IMG/VR virus record: IMGVR_UViG_3300008110_000023
Span: 1-64,000 of that record
Direction: 5' to 3' (one strand)
Length of the DNA: 64,000 nt
Source of the DNA: a virus
Under the pieces are notes generated by a model. That model was not told the origin of the DNA. It did no database searches and saw only the letters and a program-made list of their open reading frames with translations. This document shows positions 57,419-64,000 of this stretch, piece after piece. Position numbers and translations under genes: made by a program. Position 1 is the stretch's first letter. Every line of letters starts with the position of its first letter.

Positions 57419-57622
57419 CTATATCTTCCATTTTCTTATTAGTTTTAATATGTTATCCATTATAAGACCAACAAGATAAGATATCCACATAGGAGAGAAT
57501 ACTTTTATCCAAGACCATTGACCAATAATTCCTGTATCTGTCATTTTAAGTACAAAGAATATTAATGTTATTGCTACTGGTAAACTTACTTTGTATGGTC
57601 TGCTTTCATAATCTGGTTCCAT
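57419..57622 (-). CDS. Small membrane protein
   Basis: ITLIFFVLK...WSWIKVFSPMWI. Confidence 0.6.
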   Translation of the reverse strand: MEPDYESRPYKVSLPVAITLIFFVLKMTDTGIIGQWSWIKVFSPMWISYLVGLIMDNILKLIRKWKI

Positions 57623-57625
57623 ATA

Positions 57626-57847
57626 CTATTGATTAAATGTGTGACCACATGAAGGACATACTAAATATTGTTCTTCATCTTCTTCTAATATACTATAATA
57701 GTCTTCTGTAGTACAATTACCACAATTTTGACATACTATTTGGTCATCTTCATATTCATTATCATCATAATCTAATGAATCCAAATATTTATCTAATTCT
57801 TTTTCCCAGTATTGATCCATTGGGTCATTGCCATATATACCTGCCAT
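57626..57847 (-). CDS. Acidic Zn-ribbon protein
   Basis: CQNCG...CPSCG; start MAGIYG at 57847. Confidence 0.6.
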   Translation of the reverse strand: MAGIYGNDPMDQYWEKELDKYLDSLDYDDNEYEDDQIVCQNCGNCTTEDYYSILEEDEEQYLVCPSCGHTFNQ

Positions 57848-57858
57848 AGTTTTAAGTT

Positions 57859-58041
57859 TTATGAACCACAATTAAGACAGCCTTCATCATTATCTTCTTC
57901 AGGATGCTCTGCAATTCTAGGGTTAAGTATTTTCTTTAATTCATATATCTCTTGTTGGATTTCTCCATCTTGAAATAAATTACCTGTCAATTGAGATTTT
58001 AAATCTCCAATCTTTTTTCTTATTTGATCTTCTAAATCCAT
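57859..58041 (-). CDS. Hypothetical protein ending in CLNCGS
   Basis: Coiled coil plus terminal CxxC. Confidence 0.6.
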   Translation of the reverse strand: MDLEDQIRKKIGDLKSQLTGNLFQDGEIQQEIYELKKILNPRIAEHPEEDNDEGCLNCGS

Positions 58042-58042
58042 G

Positions 58043-58393
58043 TTATTTGTTTTTAATAAGTTCTATTAGTTTATTTATACAAGCAGATTCTGCTTCTTCA
58101 TAAGTTGTGAACATACCACTAAGTTCACAATCTCCACTTTCCTCTGAATCACATATATGAGTCCCACCTCTTTCTTTATTATAGTGTAATTCCCAAATGT
58201 AACCACTTGCATTTGAGTATACAGTATGCACTATATTGTGCCCATCTCTAAACCATCTAAATGCTTGTTGGAATAGTGGTATTTGTATAAGACTTTCTCC
58301 ATTGTTCATATCTCTAGAAGACATACAAGGTTCATCAAACCCTAATTTTTTAAGAGCTAAAGCTTGTTGGTATGTTACAAACTCTTTTTCCAT
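58043..58393 (-). CDS. Phage hypothetical protein
   Basis: EFVTYQQALALKKLGFDEPC...QAFRWFR...TYEEAE. Confidence 0.65.
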   Translation of the reverse strand: MEKEFVTYQQALALKKLGFDEPCMSSRDMNNGESLIQIPLFQQAFRWFRDGHNIVHTVYSNASGYIWELHYNKERGGTHICDSEESGDCELSGMFTTYEEAESACINKLIELIKNK

Positions 58394-58394
58394 T

Positions 58395-58565
58395 TTAATG
58401 TATTGTTAGTTTAAGTTCATCTATTACCATATAAGTACAAGAGTTAGGATTATGTCCTTTAGATTTAATAAAGTTTTCCATTTCCTTTTCTCTTAAATAA
58501 AATTTATAGATATGTACTTCTTCAGTAAGCATATCTAATACTGCTACATATCCTTTTTCTATCAT
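58395..58565 (-). CDS. 56-aa hypothetical protein (not in the ORF track)
   Basis: Manual translation MIEKGYVAVLDMLTEEVHIY...DELKLTIH*; fills the gap between neighbours. Confidence 0.5.
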   Translation of the reverse strand: MIEKGYVAVLDMLTEEVHIYKFYLREKEMENFIKSKGHNPNSCTYMVIDELKLTIH

Positions 58566-58574
58566 AATTTTGTA

Positions 58575-59432
58575 TTAAAAAATGTATCTTATTGTATTCC
58601 ATGGAATGATTTCATCATGCAATTTAGTAAAAGAATTAATAAAATCATTCTTTAAATTGTATTTATATCTTATATTCTTACCACCATACTGAGATATTTT
58701 AGCCTCTTGTATTGTAGGAACCCATAGATATTCTTGTTCTCCTGGAATATTATTGTCTAAATTATACTTGTGTTTATTTTCATTGTGAGTTAAGAATATA
58801 ACTTCTGCTTTTACCACATCTTTATAATCTACATAATCATTAACCATTTGAAATAGATATTTATAGTCTTTTAACCAGTCTCCATAAACTAATACTGGAC
58901 TGAAATTAATATGTACATCATATCCTGCATCTATAAATGCATCAATAGCTTTTATCCTATCTATTATCTTAGATGTATTAGGCTCTAATTTATCAGATAC
59001 ATTCTGTGGCATTAGACTAAATCTTATTCTTATTTTACCTTCAGGATCATAGTTTATTAGATTTACATTAACATATTTAGTTGCAAAACTACCCATAGCT
59101 ATAGGATGTTGTTTAAAGAAATCAAATATCTTTTCCCACTGATGGTATTTAGCATGAAGTGCAAAGTCTTCATTACAAGATATATCATAAGTAATATATT
59201 CTTTATGTGTCTGATTTGGTTTATCTACATGAGTAAAGAATACATGGTTATTAATTGCAGTTAAGATATCTCCTGTATTAACAGCAATATCTAAACCTTC
59301 TGGTTTATGTCTTTTCATATAACAATAACCACAATTATATAAACAGCCATGACCAAAACTAGGACTAATAAAGTCTGTAGATCTTCCACTTGGTCTAATG
59401 ACCATTGATTTTCTATTTACTTTTTCTATCAT
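58575..59432 (-). CDS. splB: Spore photoproduct lyase-like radical SAM enzyme
   Basis: GCLYNCGYCY (CxxxCxxC), YDISCNED, SFATK, RIRFSL, VHINFSPV and C-terminal IRYIF; start MIEK at 59432 follows the phage start motif. Confidence 0.85.
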   Translation of the reverse strand: MIEKVNRKSMVIRPSGRSTDFISPSFGHGCLYNCGYCYMKRHKPEGLDIAVNTGDILTAINNHVFFTHVDKPNQTHKEYITYDISCNEDFALHAKYHQWEKIFDFFKQHPIAMGSFATKYVNVNLINYDPEGKIRIRFSLMPQNVSDKLEPNTSKIIDRIKAIDAFIDAGYDVHINFSPVLVYGDWLKDYKYLFQMVNDYVDYKDVVKAEVIFLTHNENKHKYNLDNNIPGEQEYLWVPTIQEAKISQYGGKNIRYKYNLKNDFINSFTKLHDEIIPWNTIRYIF

Positions 59433-59484
59433 AATGTGTTTTAAAAGTATCAAAAATGCATGTTTTTGTACATTATATGACAAG

Positions 59485-59679
59485 TTATTTAACTATATCA
59501 AAAGTACCATTTTCATGTATTTTTATTTGATCAGTCCTGTAATGTCTTACTATACCTGTATTACAATGAACAATACACCATATATCATTTTCAAAAGTAC
59601 CACTATTTGAAACATATATGGCGTATCCTTCTTTGTTTTCTTCTACAATAACTGGTATTGGAGTCTTAAATTGCATCAT
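59485..59679 (-). CDS. Hypothetical protein
   Basis: GYAIYV..SG.FENDIW motif. Confidence 0.6.
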   Translation of the reverse strand: MMQFKTPIPVIVEENKEGYAIYVSNSGTFENDIWCIVHCNTGIVRHYRTDQIKIHENGTFDIVK

Positions 59680-59909
59680 AGATTATCCAATTCTTGTTTA
59701 ACATCTTCATAATACTTCTTTAAAGTAAGTATGTTGTTATCTGTATGTAATAACATGATAGTTTCTATACTATCTAAAATATCATTAACAGATATCAATG
59801 CACATTCCTTTGCTGTAGGATACTCTATTACAGAGTAATCAGATAACTTAAGTACCTTAATATGTAAATACTTATTAATGAATTGTTTTGCTTTGTCTTT
59901 TGCTGTCAT
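59676..59909 (-). CDS. Hypothetical protein
   Basis: MTAKDKAK...AKECALISV...YYEDVKQEL. Confidence 0.6.
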   Translation of the reverse strand: MTAKDKAKQFINKYLHIKVLKLSDYSVIEYPTAKECALISVNDILDSIETIMLLHTDNNILTLKKYYEDVKQELDNL

Positions 59910-60069
59910 AGTTTCTATTTTATTATGTTTGCGATTAAACTTATAATTGATATTATTAAAGAAAAATATGCTATTATTAAAGCATGTGTACTTCTTTTAC
60001 TATACATTCTCATATTATTTCTTTTTAAATTTGACATTGTATTAACACTGTATTGACACTGTATTTTAG

Positions 60070-60145
60070 CAGTCAGGGCAGGATTTGAACCTGCATATTA
60101 GAGCGACCTGTTAAGGCAACTTGTATTCCAATCTACCACCTGACT
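60070..60145 (-). tRNA. tRNA-like element with degenerate anticodon arm
   Basis: Perfect acceptor AGTCAGG/CCTGACT, perfect T-arm GCAGG-TTCAAAT-CCTGC and D-arm GTA-GATTGGAA-TAC. The anticodon stem pairs poorly (GTTGCC TTAACA GGTCGC) and no CCA is encoded. Confidence 0.6.
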
Positions 60146-60152
60146 ATTGTTA

Positions 60153-60335
60153 TTAAATAAAGAATATCCAGAATATACCTTTAACTTCAGATATAATAGG
60201 TCCAAATATTGCTATTTGTAACATACTATCTGTTTCTTTAGCATATTCAATCCAGAATTTTATAGTCATTATTTGACTTACTATGAAGTATATTAGTAAT
60301 ATCCAATATAATACTCCTTTAGAACTTGTTTCCAT
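60153..60335 (-). CDS. Small membrane protein
   Basis: Two hydrophobic segments. Confidence 0.55.
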   Translation of the reverse strand: METSSKGVLYWILLIYFIVSQIMTIKFWIEYAKETDSMLQIAIFGPIISEVKGIFWIFFI

Positions 60336-60337
60336 AA

Positions 60338-60565
60338 TTAATCTTGTTTGTTTAGTGAGTTAAATTCTTTTACCCAATCAATACCACTATTAATTGGTCT
60401 ATGGTTATTTCTTAATTGATAACCATATTCAATGGCTTTTTTTAAATCTTCTTCACTATACATTCTTTCAGCTTGCCAGTTAGCACCTTCAATAAATGCT
60501 AATTTTTCTCTTCTATCCCAATCATCTGGATATAATTTTAATGCAGCTTCTTCTATTGTTTTCAT
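60338..60565 (-). CDS. Phage hypothetical protein
   Basis: TIEEAA...AFIEGANWQAERMYSEED. Confidence 0.65.
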   Translation of the reverse strand: MKTIEEAALKLYPDDWDRREKLAFIEGANWQAERMYSEEDLKKAIEYGYQLRNNHRPINSGIDWVKEFNSLNKQD

Positions 60566-61045
60566 ATTAATCTTTTTTAAATGGATGAATAATAAATGAC
60601 AATATTATTACAGGTACACACAATAACACTAATATAACTGCTATTGTATGTACCCATATATTTCTTAATAATTGTTTAATCATTTTAATTAACATAATAA
60701 GTGAATGTATTACCAGTCTCTGAATTAAATATTACAGCTGCAAATCTAAATTCAGGATTTAATTTCCCATATTCAAAGAAATCAAACTCTAAGAAACAAC
60801 CTATCATAATCTAGCTCCTTTAATGAATAAATTAAACGGGCCCCATTCTATTATTAATCTATTCATAAACATATCTATTTTAACATTAGGCAAAAAAGCA
60901 AATGTTCTTAAGTTAGTTTCTAGATTAAACATAATATATATTGTTTTAGATGTTTTCATAATGTGTGTTTTTAAGTTATTATTTGTTTTTAATTAGTCTA
61001 ACTTGTTCTTTGATATATTGTTGCCAAGATACAAAATTTAATGGC

Positions 61046-61234
61046 TTAGATGGAGTTACTGTTTTTAGTGTAGCTTTCATAGTCTTTAATTATTGCGTTT
61101 AATTCATCATTATATCTTTGTAATTCATCTGTATATTCTAACAGTTGATTTACTAAATTAATATACTTATACCTAGCATTGTCCATATCACATTCTAGAT
61201 CATCTAGATTAAATCTTATTGAGTCTATATCCAT
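61046..61234 (-). CDS. Coiled-coil hypothetical protein
   Basis: 62-aa ORF. Confidence 0.55.
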   Translation of the reverse strand: MDIDSIRFNLDDLECDMDNARYKYINLVNQLLEYTDELQRYNDELNAIIKDYESYTKNSNSI

Positions 61235-61235
61235 C

Positions 61236-61430
61236 TTATTTGTTTTTTAAGATTAATGTATTGTTTTGTTGTATTAAGATATACTTAGTTGTATCATATA
61301 CAATATGAAAGTTATTATCTTTTGTTGTAGTAATAAAACAAACAAAGTTATGTTTGTCATATACCTTGTCTGTATTAACTGGAGCCTTACTACAACTAAG
61401 TAATAAGACTCCTATTATTAACCATTTCAT
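61236..61430 (-). CDS. Small lipoprotein
   Basis: MKWLIIGVLLLSC lipobox. Confidence 0.65.
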   Translation of the reverse strand: MKWLIIGVLLLSCSKAPVNTDKVYDKHNFVCFITTTKDNNFHIVYDTTKYILIQQNNTLILKNK

Positions 61431-61633
61431 TACTCAAAGTATTCAATAGTTCCTGGTTTACCAGTAATCTTCTTGTATGCTATTTGTTTAGCAAAGATAT
61501 TAGTAATTGCTGACGCACCTTTGATACAAAGATTTACCTCTGTCTTATCAGCTTTCTTGTTCTTTAAATCTACTAATGTTTGAGCTAGCATATCTGCCAC
61601 TCCTGAACATGTTTTTAAGTCTTGTTTTTTCAT
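61430..61633 (-). CDS. Small helical protein coupled to the upstream Zn-finger gene
   Basis: ATGA overlap with 61630..62328. Confidence 0.6.
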   Translation of the reverse strand: MKKQDLKTCSGVADMLAQTLVDLKNKKADKTEVNLCIKGASAITNIFAKQIAYKKITGKPGTIEYFE

Positions 61634-62328
61634 AATTTATTAAGTTTAGGATAAAGTTCTCTTTTTAATTTAACTTGTTCTCTTTTTAATTGTATTAATT
61701 CTTGTGGTAAATGTACTTCTCTAGATTTTAATTTATGACTTTTACTAAACAAAAATTTAATATACCCATCTGTTAAATAATCACATTTAAATTTATCTTT
61801 TTCATAAAGACGTTGTTTATTTTTATCTGCATAATCTAAACTATATTGTCTTCTATACTTTACAAAATTAGGATCTGTGATGTTTTTAGTATAATGTAAT
61901 TTAGATGTTATAATTCTTAACATTTTTTTTGAAAGAGCTTGTAATTCAGAAGATTCATAATTATAATTACAAGAATTAGAATTACTATGACAAGCTTTAC
62001 ATTTAGATAAAATATATGCTATTTTATCTTTAAAATAATTTAACACCCAATTTTTATTACATATTATAACACCACATTGTACACAAGGCCTTCCTTCTAA
62101 TCTTGCTTTTCTTTTTCCTCTTCCAGTTTTTTTAAAATTTCTTAATCTAGTATTTATATTACGTGACATTCTATTTGCAAATAGATTTAATTCTAAAGAA
62201 TTATAATTATAATCACAAGATTTTGTTTTTGTTGAACAAGATTTACATTTTTTTACTATATATTTTCCACATATAAACCAATTCTTTTCACATAATATTA
62301 CTCCACATTGTATACAAGTTTTTTCCAT
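61630..62328 (-). CDS. Basic protein with two tandem Cys-rich (Zn-binding) repeats
   Basis: CxQCGVI(L/I)CxKNW...CKxC...SCxYNY.S.EL occurs twice; C-terminal LTDGYIK...PQELIQLKR. Confidence 0.7.
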   Translation of the reverse strand: MEKTCIQCGVILCEKNWFICGKYIVKKCKSCSTKTKSCDYNYNSLELNLFANRMSRNINTRLRNFKKTGRGKRKARLEGRPCVQCGVIICNKNWVLNYFKDKIAYILSKCKACHSNSNSCNYNYESSELQALSKKMLRIITSKLHYTKNITDPNFVKYRRQYSLDYADKNKQRLYEKDKFKCDYLTDGYIKFLFSKSHKLKSREVHLPQELIQLKREQVKLKRELYPKLNKL

Positions 62329-62340
62329 AAGAATAGTATT

Positions 62341-62364
62341 AAAAGAGAGTATTTCTACTCTCTT
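62341..62364 (-). terminator. AGAGAG hairpin containing a TAG stop
   Basis: Minus strand AAGAGAGTA-GAAA-TACTCTCTTTT. Confidence 0.65.
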
Positions 62365-62567
62365 AAATTGTTTCTATAATTATCTAACCAAGTTGCATCT
62401 TCCTCATGCTTGAATGTAAGCTGAGGTTTCTTGATTTCTTCTTTAATACCTAATTCTGTTTTGATTAAATTAAGTCTGGCATTAATAGACTTAACATAAA
62501 TTGGTAAACTATTGTGTTTATTAATCATAGGTTTACCACTCTTAGTTGTTTTTTGAAATGAGTTCAT
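62355..62567 (-). CDS. Hypothetical protein
   Basis: 70-aa ORF with the conserved ACACAAAACTATG start context. Confidence 0.6.
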   Translation of the reverse strand: MNSFQKTTKSGKPMINKHNSLPIYVKSINARLNLIKTELGIKEEIKKPQLTFKHEEDATWLDNYRNNLRE

Positions 62568-62588
62568 AGTTTTGTGTGTTTTTAATTA

Positions 62589-62930
62589 TTAATGATAAAT
62601 ATGTGGATTAGACATTTCTAAGATAAAAGAATACTTCTTATCTAATTTATCCATAGCAACTTCTCTTAATACTCTATAGATATTAAGTGCTTCTTGTGTA
62701 AAGAAACTATAATCTGTAGATAAAAGATTGATTTCTAAATAATTTTGAACTATTTTGTTTTCAGTATGTTTATATTTTTTTAAAGCTGTTACTTTAATAG
62801 GATTTAAATCATACTTATTACATATATTTAAATTAGTTTCATTATCCAATACTCTAACTCTAAAGTAATGAATATGGATACCATTAAAAACAATAGTACC
62901 TCTTCCAAATTTGCTTATTACACTTTGCAT
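62589..62930 (-). CDS. Hypothetical protein
   Basis: 113-aa ORF with the conserved start context. Confidence 0.6.
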   Translation of the reverse strand: MQSVISKFGRGTIVFNGIHIHYFRVRVLDNETNLNICNKYDLNPIKVTALKKYKHTENKIVQNYLEINLLSTDYSFFTQEALNIYRVLREVAMDKLDKKYSFILEMSNPHIYH

Positions 62931-63075
62931 AGTTGTGTGTTTAATTGTTTATAATATGTTATACAATGTAGAAGCAAGTAATACACTAGCTCCTACTACT
63001 AAAAATGCTATTGTTGCAATAGCTGCAATGTTAAATATCTTTTCCATAGTTTTATGTGTGTTTAATTAGTTAAAT

Positions 63076-63103
63076 AAAAAGAGAGTGCTAGTGCATCTCT
63101 CTT
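63076..63103 (-). terminator. AGAGAG hairpin containing a TAG stop
   Basis: Minus strand AAGAGAGATGCACTAGCACTCTCTTTTT. Confidence 0.6.
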
Positions 63104-63264
63104 AATTCATTAGCTCTTGACATATGAGCAAGTTTAATTTCTGTCAAGATTTTATTCATTGCTATACCAAGTACAGCATAAGACTCTTCTATGTTTTCAA
63201 CATTATCATTGTTGTCAACAATAGCGTTAGCTAATTGTATAGCTAGCATTTCTATTTTTCCCAT
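63088..63264 (-). CDS. 58-aa hypothetical protein (not in the ORF track)
   Basis: Manual translation MGKIEMLAIQLANAIVD...ANELREMH*; conserved start context. Confidence 0.55.
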   Translation of the reverse strand: MGKIEMLAIQLANAIVDNNDNVENIEESYAVLGIAMNKILTEIKLAHMSRANELREMH

Positions 63265-63302
63265 AGTTTTATGTGTTTTAAGTTAGTTATTAATTATCAC
63301 TC

Positions 63303-63447
63303 TGCATTCAGTTGTAATAAAAAAGCTACTTCAAACAGGTCCTTACATGAATACTATCAAAGCCTATTATTATGCCTACTTTTATTTTTTTTTGTTACCT
63401 ATTCAGGTATTACAACTGCTAGTCCTTGTGAAACTAGATTGATGCAT
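63303..63447. ncRNA. Candidate structured intergenic element
   Basis: Perfect 11-bp inverted repeat CAGTTGTAATA (63309-63319) / TATTACAACTG (63408-63418), outer TGCAT/ATGCA and a CTAGT..ACTAG hairpin. Confidence 0.35.
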
Positions 63448-63451
63448 TAAT

Positions 63452-63483
63452 AAAAAAAGAGAGTACTATTGTTCCTCTCTTTT
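63452..63483 (-). terminator. AGAGAG hairpin containing a TAG stop
   Basis: Minus strand AAAAGAGAGGAACAATAGTACTCTCTTTTTTT. Confidence 0.6.
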
Positions 63484-63672
63484 AAAGTAGGTTATCTCCA
63501 CAAGAAGTCTTGCAACTCTTGCATGTCCCATAGCAAAGGCTAACTTTGCATGAGGATGCATTTGTTTAAGTAACTTCTCAAATGGACCAACTCTTTTGAA
63601 TCCCATATATTCTGCTATTGTACAGAATCTTATGGAAAACCTCTCATTGGTAATCTTTTTGTGCGTATACAT
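63466..63672 (-). CDS. Hypothetical protein
   Basis: 68-aa ORF with ACAAACTATG start context. Confidence 0.55.
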   Translation of the reverse strand: MYTHKKITNERFSIRFCTIAEYMGFKRVGPFEKLLKQMHPHAKLAFAMGHARVARLLVEITYFKREEQ

Positions 63673-63706
63673 AGTTTGTATTTTAATTAATTAATAATAA
63701 GAAAAA

Positions 63707-63819
63707 ATAACAAGCAGGTGTATGTCCATCCAATACATACACTCTCTACAACCCGTTGGCATTCAAGGTAATTACTCCTCAAACGTAGATTAGTTAGTAC
63801 AATGTACTCTGCTTGTTAT
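63707..63819 (-). ncRNA. Candidate multi-branch structured RNA
   Basis: 11-bp closing stem ATAACAAGCAG/CTGCTTGTTAT enclosing GTGTATGT/ACATACAC, TCTAC/GTAGA and AGTAC/GTACT stems; U-tract after it on the minus strand. Confidence 0.45.
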
Positions 63820-64000
63820 AATAAGATAATAATTTAAAAAGAATGGAAAGGGTAGAACATTTCTGATACATCAGACAATATGAATGTTGACTATTATTCC
63901 CTAACTCACCCTAGTGTACTCTTACAAGGTTGCAACCCTTGATTTCCCTATTGGAAGATGAATAATACATCAATCTTCTGGTGTTAATACCTGCTTGGAT

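Noticed and set aside
57859-58041. Ribonucleotide reductase fragment suggested by the terminal CLNCGS
   Set aside because: Only a terminal CxxC resemblance; no RNR catalytic domain is present in the window.
60070-60145. attP/integration site at the tRNA-like element
   Set aside because: No integrase or duplicated tRNA 3' end is present in the window.
61021-61045. Possible additional sigma-A promoter on the minus strand
   Set aside because: It does not match TAnnTTTG exactly and lacks the TTG at 20-nt spacing.
62300-63700. CRISPR-like array formed by recurring intergenic motifs
   Set aside because: The repeats are degenerate, irregularly spaced and separated by ORFs; they are explained as start contexts and hairpins.
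1-64000. Stop-codon reassignment (TAG or TGA), known in some crAss-like phages
   Set aside because: All large genes, including the 4,765-aa RNAP, are uninterrupted in the standard code and coding density is high.

Overview
This AT-rich 64-kb window is part of a crAss-like (Crassvirales-type) podovirus genome, most likely infecting a Bacteroidota host. Support for that host comes from four exact TTG-N20-TATATTTG promoters, Shine-Dalgarno-free A/C-rich start regions and D-(S/T)-hydrophobic sequons in secreted proteins. It reads in the standard genetic code and has two convergent arms meeting at a bidirectional terminator near 37.05-37.09 kb. The + arm (1-37,035) carries tail fibre/spike genes, a lysis cassette, tail ring, IHF-like and muzzle genes, and four ejected cargo proteins. 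One of these is a 4,765-aa virion RNA polymerase (RIPTQ, DYDVD) fused to a zincin peptidase, an unassigned alpha/beta domain and a complete C-terminal Dda/RecD-like SF1 helicase. The - arm carries replication and nucleotide genes: PolA, SF2 helicase, DnaB, primase, SSB, Sak4-like ATPase, exonucleases, resolvase, ligase, dUTPase and a dATP/dGTP diphosphohydrolase-like protein. It also carries an ECF-like sigma factor with an extra HTH, a MoxR-AAA/VWA-peptidase module with two related flanking partners, a spore photoproduct lyase-like enzyme, a degenerate tRNA-like element, and many small genes interleaved with related hairpins and structured intergenic elements. The strongest candidates for undescribed biology are the RNAP-peptidase-helicase polyprotein, the GG-motif-punctuated modular cargo protein, the junction cysteines of two cargo proteins and the four-gene MoxR/VWA module. 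All family calls come from reading motifs by eye; no database searches were run.
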